From Epiperipatus broadwayi (lineage: Eukaryota > Animalia > Onychophora): a stretch of DNA of 64,000 nucleotides. The notes under the pieces are model-generated. The model was not told the origin of the DNA and did not search any database. It saw nothing but the letters and a program-made list of their open reading frames with translations. The DNA lies in contig JAQFVV010000006.1 in NCBI GenBank assembly GCA_028023455.1, positions 14,942,001-15,006,000 of the forward strand. The letters are read 5' to 3'. Position numbers and translations under genes: made by a program. This document shows positions 40,291 to 51,782 of the stretch, one piece after another. Numbering within the stretch: the first letter of the stretch is position 1; each line of letters starts with the position of its first letter.

Positions 40291-40380
40291 GCATTGGTGG
40301 CCTAATGGTTAGCATAGCTGCCTTCCAAGCAGCTGGCTCGGGTTCGCTTCCCGGGCAACGCTTTGACATATTAAAAAAAG
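40291..40380 (+). mobile_element. tRNA-Gly(TCC)-derived mini-SINE or tRNA pseudogene
   Basis: gcattggtggcctaatggttagcatagctgccttccaagcagctggctcgggttcgcttcccgggcaacgc closely follows the eukaryotic tRNA-Gly(TCC) sequence as I recall it. Several stem mismatches. Shared tttgacat plus A tail. Confidence 0.75.
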
Positions 40381-40985
40381 ATATTTAAATTTACAAATAT
40401 CTTCTAAATTGTAAACCTATTCATGAAATAATCAAATGTGAAATTGTCATTATGATTATTCACAAGCCAAATAAATCCCCAAAGAATTATTAAAGTGAAC
40501 TTTGCCATAATGCCATTTTTTTCTTATATCTATGTCCATCTATTTCTCAAATTATCTAACCTCCAGTTTGTTATATACTAATAAATGCAAGCACTGATTC
40601 TTGAAAAGATAAAAACTTTTAATAGCGATTTTAACAGTTTTAAACATTAATTCAGATGAAATTCTAATGATTATAACAAGCCCATTAATAAATTATGGCT
40701 TATCAAATAAGTAATTCTGATAATATAAACCTACATTAAGTTCATTGGACCTCAAAGAATCATTTAAATGATCTTGAAAATATACCCATCTTTTCTTGTA
40801 TCTATACTAATTTATGTGTCAGTAAAAATGATCATTTTTATCTTACCTCCAATTTGTTATATAGTAATAAATCAAACATTGTTACTTGAAATTATCAACA
40901 TTACTTGTTTGATAAACCATAAGTTGTTTACAAACATTAAAATCATTAGAATGTTATCTTATAGCAGTATACTGGTTTGATAATA

Positions 40986-41256
40986 TGTTGGACTATTTCC
41001 ATCATCAGTTGGTTAGAGGGTTGCCTTCAAGAATCTAAAGATGTAAGTTTGATTCCTATGCTAGAATTGTCACTGTTCGGCACCATCTGAAGAAGAGTGG
41101 AAAATAAGACCACTTGAAATGTTGTGTAACCTATTAATGTCTGTTGTCTTTGTGCAGTATTATTAACAATTGTTTGTATTTGGGAAAGTTTTAAGAAAAA
41201 ATTAAAATTTCCTAGGCATTCAACATTCAATGATAGTTGATGGAAAGTGTCCAACA
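40986..41256 (+). mobile_element. Family A SINE with HHR and an inverted copy of its 3' end at its 5' end
   Basis: tgttggactatttccatcatc (40986-41006) is the reverse complement of the family 3' end. HHR at 41084-41126. Confidence 0.75.
41084..41126 (+). ncRNA. Minimal type I hammerhead motif (family A)
   Basis: CAT CTGAAGA A GAGTGG-aaaataaga-CCACTT GAA ATGT T / GTG. Confidence 0.65.
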
Positions 41257-41399
41257 TATTATCTCATCTACATTACCACATCATCACAAGCATTTGGGAG
41301 TAACTGGTTTGATTTACTACAATAGAGCAATCTGGAGGTCAGATAAAATAAATCATTTTTAATCTGACAAATAGATTGGCATTATTTGTATTTCATTTT

Positions 41400-43010
41400 C
41401 AAAGGTTTGATCCCATCAATGTATACCGATCTACCTTTATAATTTTTAATACGTTTACAAAAATCCATAATAAAATTTATAGAGAAGCTCTCCCCCACAA
41501 GTATATATAACCTAATACAATTCCATCAACAAATGCACGGCAGAACCATCTGTACTTTAGCTTGAATTGTATGTAAGTATTCAATTTATTGCCTTATCAC
41601 AACACAGAGTTTGACATATAGAACAACTACAAGCTATTCTGGAATCATTGTTTATTAATGGAGTTGTATTAGTTTACATATAGCTTGCTGGAGATATTCA
41701 GTAGCTTCCACATGAATTTCATCTACATTCGAGCTCTCACAATTTATAAAAATCCATAATAGTGTAATAAAAATTTATGCAAATAAACTAACAGTGTTCT
41801 AAAAGGAAAATAATGTTTCTGAATTCATGGTTATGATAGAGAAGTCAGATCAAGTTTAATCATGAATGTATCATGTGAAGAATTGTCTATTGTAAGGAAA
41901 AGATTAAATGGTGATAATAGTTTATAACCAGAACAGCTCTTCTTATTGATAGTATAATGGAACTATTAATATTCTGCATAGAAACAACCTACTTTCAGTA
42001 TAACACAGAATCCTTCCCAACAAAATCAAAGAATGGCTATGGGCTCACCATTGCCTCCCCTGATTAGCAATATTTACATGGCCGAACTTGAAACCTTAGC
42101 CATAAAATCTCCATATCCACCTAAAGTTTGGCTTCACTATGTGGATATACATTTGTTGTACGGCACATGGTGAAGCACTGCTACAAACTTTCTGGAAACA
42201 CATCAGCAACATATCCCCTTCAATTAAATTCACAATAGAATCGGAACAAGAACAAAAATTGGAATTCTTATAGAAGTTCTTGTGACAAGACTCCCTCATG
42301 GCAAAATCAAAACTACAGTTTATCGAAAACCTACATATACAGGAAAATACCTAGCCTATACATCAAATCACATCAGAAACACAAAACATGGAGTTACACT
42401 ATCACTATGGAACAGAGCAAAAGAAGTTTTGTTCAGAAACCAGTAATTTGGAAAAAGAAAAGATCTATATAGAATAAACTCTTATGAGAAATGGTTATCC
42501 ATCAGCTGTTATTAAGAAAACGTTAAATAGAGAACAAAAAGAACCATCAAGAGAAAAGACAATTATTGATATTGTAGGATACCATACATTCTAAAAATAG
42601 CAGTCAAATTAAGGAAAATCTGCAATTAGTATAACATCAGAACAGCTTTCCAGAGCCATACTACGCTACAAGGAATTCTAACATTTATAAAGCCTAAACT
42701 TGAAATGCTGAAAAGAAAAAACTGCATTTATGAAATACTATGTGATTGTGAAAGAACATATATTGGTGAGACCAGTTGTCTCATTAAAAAGCACTTGCAA
42801 GAACACAAACTGATGATTAGAAGAGAGAAAACACGTGTGTGCCAATGAACAAATGTTCAATTGGGAAAATACGAAAATATTGGATCGAGAAGAAAAGGTA
42901 TAAAGAAGAAAATTTAAAGAAGCTGCTCACATGACAATGGCAAAAAAATCCCATAAGCCAAGCCAGTGTGACTATACATAATGTATGGAAACCACTAATC
43001 AACTTTGTTC
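41400..43010 (+). pseudogene. Penelope-like element remnant (RT and GIY-YIG)
   Basis: GMAMGSPLPPLISNIYMAELE, WLHYVD, SIKFTIESEQEQKLEFL, TTVYRKPTYTGKYL, NGYP, KNCIYEILCDCERTYIGETS...LQEH, KILDREE..RRKFKEA. Confidence 0.9.
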
Positions 43011-43081
43011 TTAGGAAAAACTGGAGAAATCAGGAGGAACCTCATAGATAAGTATATGGAATTTCTACAGACTGTTGCCTT

Positions 43082-43358
43082 TGGCAGGATGGTTCAATTG
43101 GTTAGAGCATTACCTTGAAATTCAATACTCAAAGAATCCAAGGGTACAGGTTTGAATCCCATGCTAGTATGGTCGCTGGTCAGGCCAGCAACACCTGCAG
43201 AAGAGGGGAGAATAATACCTCTCAAAACATGCATATACTAGCCTGTTTGATATGCTATTACTAACAGTTGAATGTATTTGAAATATTTAAATAAAGTTAA
43301 AGTTTTCTAAAGACATTCAACACGCATATTTGATGGCGGAAATATTCCAATATAAAAA
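43082..43358 (+). mobile_element. Family A SINE with mutated HHR core
   Basis: A-box-like ggatggttcaattggttagagc, B-box ggtttgaatccc (43149-43160), core CTGCAGA (A6 to C), shared 3' end. Confidence 0.8.
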
Positions 43359-43515
43359 TGCAACTCCACTGTGTGTTCTTCTGTCAGTGGAAGATTCCAA
43401 ATTTTAAGTTTTTGGCAAAATGTTCCTCACCAAAAAGCTGCTTAATAACAATCTTACACTTAATGTAAAAAAATCATGACAATGTTCACAACATGTTAAC
43501 GTTTGTACATTGTAA

Positions 43516-44040
43516 TATTTCATGCTAAACCAGCAATCATCAGTTGGTCTAGATTACTATCCTCACATATATATATAATCAGTACTCAGCTTTATATTAA
43601 GATAGCCAATCTTTATACTTTAATGGACAGGCTTCAAACTATTCCAACTCACAACTCTTCAGCCTTCCATTTCATTGAAAATCTGATGATGGAACGTTCA
43701 AAGCCCTTGTTAGTGCCAAGGTTGTCATCCTACCCATGTTGACATATTAGTCATTCTGACCCCTCATATACAGGAGAATAATCCATTTATACGTACATAT
43801 GCGAGGGATGGGCAGACCTTTTACACTATTTATATAAATTAATACATTGTACAGGCTTAAACCTGAATTTATATATGTGATATATGCGGGGTTTGAACTC
43901 AGACTTTCACACGACCCACCACTCTCAGTGCCATCTCATATTGCTGACCCACCTGATCACACACATGTTGAAAAGATAAATAATCACCAATATATGTATT
44001 TCATGCTAAACCAGCAATCATCAGTTGGTCTAGATTACTA
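43516..44040 (-). mobile_element. Retrozyme-like family B locus: 481-nt period bounded by identical 44-bp repeats containing the HHR core
   Basis: 43516-43559 equals 43997-44040. Complete HHR at 43986-44029. B-box GAGTTCAAACCC at 43889-43900 on minus. Confidence 0.85.
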
Positions 44041-45011
44041 AACTTACAGGAATTTGTAATCGATTTTTTAAATATTTTTTAAACTTAACAAGTAACACAT
44101 ATTCGGTAAACTAATTTTGTCAAGAAAGCATAAGCAAATAATTCAACACTCCGGAAATAAATAATTAAACAAAAACAAAAAAAACACTTGGGAAAGTTCC
44201 AGTAATGGGGAAAAAATGTGAATACCTTTAATTTTAGCAGAAACTATGCTTAATTTTCATTCTTATTAGTTTTGTTATTAATTATTTGGATATTATTCAT
44301 ATGAATTCATTGTAGCTAATTTTTCTCTGAATTATATTGCTTTCCATGCCCAATTATTTTATCAAGAAAGCTGTAACAATTTTCTCAAATTGTCACTGGA
44401 TGATTGTATTATTCTAGATAAATGACTCTGTAAGAATATCAAAAAATTTTAAGCTCAGATTAACATTACATTCATAGAAAAATAGTTTTATTTGAGGTTC
44501 ACAGATAGCTCTTGCAGTTTTAAAAAATGTGAACAGTTTTCAGTGATCATTTTGATTTAAGGGGTCTGATGAATGGTTGTTATGATATTATAAAAGAATC
44601 GAACAACACATGAAGCAGCGAGTAAAAGAGTACAAAAACGTCCATTTTAAAGCAATAAATTTGATATGGGATGTTTCTATATAAGCACAATAAATAAAAA
44701 CAAAACATGTTCTAGTTATAAGTGTAGATGGTATTAATAAACAAATTAATAAATAATAATGGATGGTTATTAACGAAATGAGATAGCGGTCATGCTAACT
44801 TGATAGTTAACAGTTATTTATTTTGTATATTGATTTTTTTTATACCACTAACTATAAACCTAAACAATCCAAGCCAGAAAATGTACACACGAGATCTTTA
44901 AAGAATCATTTTAAATAAACTTGCAAATTATGCTTTTTTCTCATATTTATGCATACATATTTATCAGATACGAAACGACTACTTTCATCTGGTCTCCAGT
45001 TTGTTATATTG

Positions 45012-45700
45012 CAGGGGTGGCCAAGATGTCAACCGTGAAGCTGATGTGAACATTGATAAATTATAGTGATAAATTCAGAGCTGATTTAAATATAAAAAAA
45101 ATAATAAAATTAAAATTGAAAATTATTCTCCTTTAAAAATAAATTTAAAATAATACCTGTTGTTATTGTCGATCTCAAAAATAACCCCAGGTTGAAAGAA
45201 GCTGAAACAATAATTTTCTTTTTTTTCTCTATATATTTTCTTGATTTTTTTTATTTTTTATTCAGGATCAGCTCTAAAAAATAATTATTTATAGGTAATT
45301 TAATAATTATGATTTAATAAATATTTTATAAAGCGACATGGACAAATTGTAATACTTGAGGGAGCTGAGGTAATTTAATAGTAGTCATAGTAAAATGTCT
45401 TTGACAGTTCATATCTTATAGAAAAAAAATTCATCAGTTTGTAAGTATCTTCTAAAAACATCACCAATATTTGTGAATACCTAAAAAGTCCTTATAAAAT
45501 AAAATAAAAACAATTCGTAAGTACATTTAAAAAAAACCTGAACTTTGAATTGTATTTTTTTCTGTTCCGGTTTTCGTTCCAGCAAAAATAACTTTTTATT
45601 TCTGGTTTTAAGTTCAAAGTCCTGAAAAAAATGTAGTCACCCTCAGGTATACTTTCACCAAAAAAATCACCCCAAACATATAAAAGTTTGGCTATCCCTG
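45012..45700. mobile_element. hAT-type MITE
   Basis: TIRs CAGGGGTGGCCAA and CAGGGATAGCCAA. 8-bp TSD ttatattg / ttatatag. Confidence 0.8.
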
Positions 45701-46780
45701 TTATATAGTAATAAATTAAGCATTATTACTCAAGAATGGTGAAGATTTTTATTAGCTGATTTTTGATTTACAGTTTTAAAATATTAACTCAGATGAAATT
45801 TTAATAAACCTGTAAATAAATTACGGCTTTATCAAATATGTAATGCTGATAATATTGACCTATTCACGGGACAGCCAAGTCCAAAAATATTATGATCATT
45901 TACAAATCAGATTTGTAAAGGTTTTGCATAAAATCTTTATCTAGTGGTTATATGGAGAGTTTAGCATCTGTGTAAACAGCTTGTGTAAGCATAAAGAATG
46001 GTGATCGCTATATATACATACACACACATTCAAACCAACCAAATGAACAAGCTGGCTTTAAAAGTGGTTGGCAGCAGATTACATCCAAATATTAAGATAA
46101 GTTACAAAAATGGTCAATGAGTTGCCATTATATTTTAGATTCTATATGCATCTCTGCAGTAATTAAATTGCATGGTGACAAATTTAATATTGATTTGAAT
46201 GAATTTCATATCTCCAAACCTTATTATACCAATTTGATGGCAAGTATTTTGTGGATTAAAATGGGAGGATAATAAAAATAAATGGAGATTATTTGGCATT
46301 TAGATTGTGCTATATTATGTGATTGTTTTTCTTTTTGCAAATAATGTTTCAGGAAATATTATCAGATGACAACAATAAAGTAGAATTAAAGATAAATGCT
46401 GAAAAAGACTAAAATAATGTTCAATGGTTTTTCATTTTCCAGGAAAGAAAGGTCGATAATAACGAATTAGAAAAAAATTGGCAATCTTAAATCAGATTAT
46501 TAATAAAAATGGAAACAGATTGAATAAAATTTAGTCATGGAATTAATTCTGAATGAAGTGCTTTTGGTTGAAAAGAAAGTATGCATATTTTGAAAAATAT
46601 TTTTAATAAAAGTATTAATCACTTTGGACATATATATTTGCGACCTGGATGCTTAATAAAAGCAGTACAGATATTTCAGATGGCATAATGAAGTATGGAT
46701 AGATATATATTAGTAATAAGAAAAAATTGAAAGTGAAATATTTGGATGAAATAACAAATTGTTATTTGCCTGAAAGTTTG

Positions 46781-46985
46781 TTAGTAATAACACACAAATA
46801 GATAACACAGGTTAGTAATTACACAACATTTCGAATAGTAGTATTCTCCACTCTTCTTCAGGTGTTTCTGGCCTGATATGCACAGTGATCGTATTCGCAT
46901 AGAAGTTGACTCGCACCTTTAGATTTTTGCTGGCCTGATATGTACAGTGACAGTATTCACATAGAAGTTTAGATGCTGAAAGGGA
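46781..46985 (-). mobile_element. Family A fragment with HHR and an internal tandem duplication
   Basis: Matches 10805-10920. The segment ctggcctgata...cagtga...catagaagtt occurs twice. Confidence 0.7.
46821..46865 (-). ncRNA. Minimal type I hammerhead motif (family A)
   Basis: ACAC CTGAAGA A GAGTGG-agaatacta-CTATTC GAA ATGT T / GTGT. Confidence 0.7.
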
Positions 46986-48074
46986 ATTGGGCTGAACATA
47001 TTTCCATAAGAGATGACAATAGCTGGATGGTTGAAGTTTTATACTGGATTCCAAAATATTGTAAAAGACCTAGAAAGTGACCGTGTGTGGGATGGATAGA
47101 TGAAATGGCTGTGATGATGTGGATGGATTGGAGAAACTGAATTAAACTTTAGTGACTTTCATCTAATGGTTGAAAATAATAATTATGATTACCTACATCA
47201 TTATTTAAATCATGATAACAGATTGTTGAAGTTAATGGTAATCATAAAATTTCAGACGCTCAGAACTAAAGGTTCAGACCGAAGCCTCAATTTGTCACTT
47301 TTCATGTTCGAAAGTCATGTGATCTAAACAATCAACCATTAAATTATTTTAATTAATTTTGAGAATTATTTTTAAACATTTAAAAGAAAACGTTTATAAT
47401 ATCTAAATTTGTGATTTACTTGTGTTTATGTCTGTTTTTTTTTTTTTTTCAAGGTTAATGGAAATGATTCTTTCGGAACGGATTCCTTCGGTCAAAGAAC
47501 ATATCCTCAGTACTTTGCATAATTTTTGTTGCCACAAAATTCTTGAAAATGTATGTACAGATTTTATAATCTATTTCTTTATATATTTTAGTTTTAAGTG
47601 CTTTTAAACTAATCATTAGTTTAATTTTAATTTATCACTTTGAAAATATTATGTAATAATTGATGCTATTAATTATAATATAGCATATTTATGATGAACT
47701 GGTAATTTACAGTGGCATTAAAATGAGTCCTTTGAATTTCTATCTTGAAAATACATTTATGGCAATGTGAACTAACAGACATCTCCCTAGATTTTACATT
47801 GAATATTGGTTATGCCTTTGTCTGTAAGGTTTCCCTAATAAATAACTGGAGCTGTAAGTGAAATTGGTTTCATTTTCACTGCTTTCAAATTGGATGATTA
47901 TGTGAGTGAGATAGTTAATTAAAAGTTAATATAAACAATACAGTGAAAGTTGATTTCCCCCTAACATATCACATAGTAAATCGTTTTTGCATTTAAAAAC
48001 TTTATATATACACTACACATTACCCTACTAGTAATAATCTATTATATATATATTTAATGTTTTCACAATTGTAT

Positions 48075-48580
48075 GATATAGATAAATTATTATTTTTTGG
48101 GTTAGACCATGTGTTATTTTCCATTACATAGCGATATTTCGACGAACTAGCATCCGCCATTGTCAATGTTAACTTTCGAAAGCTAATATTAGACCATATG
48201 TTATTTTTCATTATGTACCGATATTTCCCCGAACTAACATCCGCCATTGCCAAGGTTAACTTTTCAAAGGATATAGATAAATTATTATTTTTGAATTAGA
48301 CTATGTGTTATTTTCCATTACATACTGATATTTCGACGAACTAGCATCCGCCATTGTCAAGTTTAACTTTCGAAAGCTGATATAGATAAATTATTATTTT
48401 TTGGGTTAAACTGTGTGTTATTTTCCATTACATACCGATATTTAGACAAACTAGCATCCGCCATTGTCAAGGTTAACTTTTGAAAGCCTTGACAATGGCA
48501 GATGCTAGTTCGTCGAAATATCAGTATATAATGGAAAATAACACATGGTCTAACCCAAAAAATAATAATTTATCTATATA
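48075..48580. repeat. ~110-bp tandem array of 4 units ending in an inverted unit
   Basis: Units start at ~48075, 48181, 48270 and 48379. 48488-48580 is the reverse complement of the unit. Confidence 0.85.
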
Positions 48581-48658
48581 TATATATAGTGTAGATATAT
48601 GATATATATATGTATAGTGCATATATATGTTAAAACAAAACTTTGCATGGGCTGCAGA

Positions 48659-50471
48659 TACTGTGCTGCCCCAAAAATAAGCCCTAGCATGATTCTTCAG
48701 GATGTTGATAATATAAGCCCTATCCCAAATATAAGATCTAGTTAAGATTGTCAATCTGATGGATGGATTTCATTCATTCATTGAAACACATGATGAATGT
48801 ATTGAATTATAAAGTAATGAATATAATGTTCAGTATGTTTATACATATTCAAATATGTTTAAAAATAGCAACAAAGATTACAAATTATAAAATTATTATA
48901 TAAAAGCCTTTTTCGGCAAATTATATTTTTTTGCCCTTTTCAATATGTCTCCACGATTTAAAGCACATACAGTGACATCTATATCAATACATGAGAGAAG
49001 ATAGATAAACAAATGGATATCTGACATGATCTATTATGTGTTTTTTTTTCCCCCTCAATTCTACTACAAAATTACTCTGTTATATCTATTGAATGGATAT
49101 ATATCCACATATATTAATTAATTAACTATCCATTCTTTATCCATTAACCACTTATTATTTAACTTAATGGATGTTTTGTATATATTCATACAGTTGTTTT
49201 TATTATACATGATGTAGTTTGTTTCATATATTTTACGTCTATTAACATTTTTAATATAATCAAGAACACTTATATTATCAATACAATTTATTTTATGTCC
49301 ATACTGCAAATAATGAACATATAACGCAGATCTATCATCTTTCCTAGCAATAGCATCATTGTTAATAGACGTAAAATATATGAAACAAACTACATCATGT
49401 ATAATAAAAACAACTGTATGAATATATACAAAACATCCATTAAGTTAAATAATAAGTGGTTAATGAATAAAGAATGGATAGTTAATTAATTAATATATGT
49501 GGATATATATCCATTCAATATATATAACAGAGTAATTTTGTAGTAGAATTGAGGGGAAAAAAAAAAACACATAATAGATCATGTCAGATATCCATTTGTT
49601 TATCTATCTTCTCTCATGTATTGATATAGATGTCACTGTGTGTGCTTTAAATCGTGGAGACATATTGAAAAGGGCAAAAAAACATAATTTGCCGAAAAAG
49701 GCTTTTATATAATAATTTTATAATTTGTAATCTTTGTTGCTATTTTTAAACATATTTGAATATTGTATACTTGAAGTGCAACATAAAAAAAGAATTGATT
49801 TTAATTCTGATTCTTTTTCTGTATAGTTTATACATATACATCACAACTAGTATAAGAAAAGAAAAAACATTTTAAATTAAAGTAATGAATGTATAAATGC
49901 AGATTTCTGTACTTGAATAAATGTTACTCAAAATTATTTTGCAGATAGACTCACAACTAATTATTTTAATAAACTTGCAAATACGATTTTACCTTTCATT
50001 CATCAATGCGCGATCATTCCGTCTGATATGACAATTTCTCTTTCATTTGATGTCCCACCATATATATACTGATATTCGATAAGACCGAAACTTATTACTA
50101 ACGGGTGATCTTAGTTTACAAATTGATCAGGTCACCTTAACATTTCATATATTATTAATTTCAACATGTAAATAACTTTTAATATTCTCATATATAAATT
50201 CTGTGATATAATTATAATCCTAAACATGATATACTTATGCAGTAGTAAACGTTATTTCTGCACTTGAAATTAGAAATACTGAATAAATGTAGATTTTTAT
50301 ATTTAAATGAATGTAAATTTTTGTATTTGAATAAATATAGATTTTTGTACTTGAATAATTGTATATCTTTGTATGTGAAAAAATTAGACATCCCCTGAAA
50401 ATAAGCCCTAAGCCATATTTTGGAGTCAAAATTAATAGAAGACCAGGTCTTATTTTCAGGGAAACATGGTA
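48659..50471. mobile_element. Possible Tc1/mariner (pogo/Tc2-like) non-autonomous element
   Basis: TA|ctgtgctgccccaaaaataagccc and TA|ccatgtttccctgaaaataagacc as imperfect TIRs. Subterminal aaaataagcc repeats. A 24-bp tandem at 50280-50375. The two ends could belong to separate copies. Confidence 0.45.
48840..49770. repeat. Near-perfect long palindrome (~410-bp arms, ~112-bp spacer)
   Basis: 48840-49247 is the reverse complement of 49360-49770. By eye only about 5 substitutions plus small indels. Confidence 0.95.
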
Positions 50472-50840
50472 TAAATGTTATATTGCCTGGGTTCATTTGT
50501 GTACGATTTATAATACTTGTGAAATGAAATTTTGCTAGATTACAATAGATAACAAGTGGTAATGAATGTTATAAAAACTGTTGTAGGGTTGCTGTAAGCA
50601 TTGATATATTATAAGAATGAACATTCACTCAGTAAAAAAAATGAACAGAAGATATTTTAAATATAAAGATTGGTGTAGAATAATAGAAAAAAAAAAAATC
50701 AGAAGCTATTCAGATTAATGGATTTTAAAAAAATTCTTTCAAATGGAAGATATTTTATATGTATCATCATATTTGTTGATACAATCTGGACTTTTAAGGA
50801 TCTTAGTGATTTGTCTGATAGATACAAATCATAATATAAT

Positions 50841-51071
50841 TGTATTTATTGTTTGGACTATTTCCATCATCTAATATGAGTATTGAATGTCTTTAGAAAC
50901 ATTTAACTTTATTTAAATATTCCAAATATATTCAACTGTTAGTAATATCACATCAAACAAATGTGCTATTACTAACAGTTGAATGCATTTGGAATATTTA
51001 AATAAAGTTAAATTTTCTAAAGACATTCAATACTCATATTAGATGATGGAAATAGTCCAAACAAAAATACA
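50841..51071. repeat. Palindrome of family A 3' ends (~111-bp arms, 7-nt loop)
   Basis: 50841-50953 and 50961-51071 are reverse complements and match 63680-63790. Confidence 0.9.
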
Positions 51072-51084
51072 CTAAAACGCCATC

Positions 51085-51270
51085 ATCACAAACCTTTAGG
51101 AAAATCATAATATAGATTTCTCAGACACCAGGATTCTATTCAGATGTGACACCCCACCAATGTAAAATCAGAGAAGCTATTAAGATCCTTACAAGGCCAA
51201 GTTGTACCAACAAACATGATAATTTATGCAAACTATCTTTTATTTGGAAGAATTTTTTGAAACTCATTAA
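51085..51270 (+). pseudogene. PLE GIY-YIG C-terminal fragment
   Basis: NHNIDFSDTRIL then TPHQCKIREAIKI...NKHD..KLSFIWK. Confidence 0.65.
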
Positions 51271-51782
51271 TCTGAATAACTTTTGCTTTTTTATTTATTT
51301 ATTTTTATTCCATCCCCAACCTTTATATTTTTAAATGTTCTATTTCTGGTTTCTATTCGCTGAATCTTAATCTTATTATCAATGGTTACAAGGACTCTGT
51401 AAGCGATTTTTATAACATTTATTATTCACTTGTCAGCCGGTGCGATCCAACCAAAATGTCTGTATATTTGTACTATGAATCATACAAAAATGAACCTAGA
51501 CAATATGTTATTTTTATGTGGGTGCATATATGTAAACATGCATGCATAATCGGAATGTATAAATTTATACAAGTTAAAATAAAAAATGTGTTGCAAAACT
51601 ATTTTACATGAGTAAGTTTCAGGCATATAAACTAGTATTTTGTATTCAACTTAATATGGTTAAAAGGTAAATAAATTTATAGCACTTCAGAGATATAGTG
51701 ATTCATTTTATTAAGTTTCATTTAATTAAGTGAAAGGATAGAGGTATAGTATGATTTCAGGAGCAGGTTTTTTCATTCTTTC

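Noticed and set aside
40291-40362. Functional tRNA-Gly(TCC) gene
   Set aside because: Mismatches in the acceptor, D and T arms, and two more diverged paralogues share the same non-tRNA tail.
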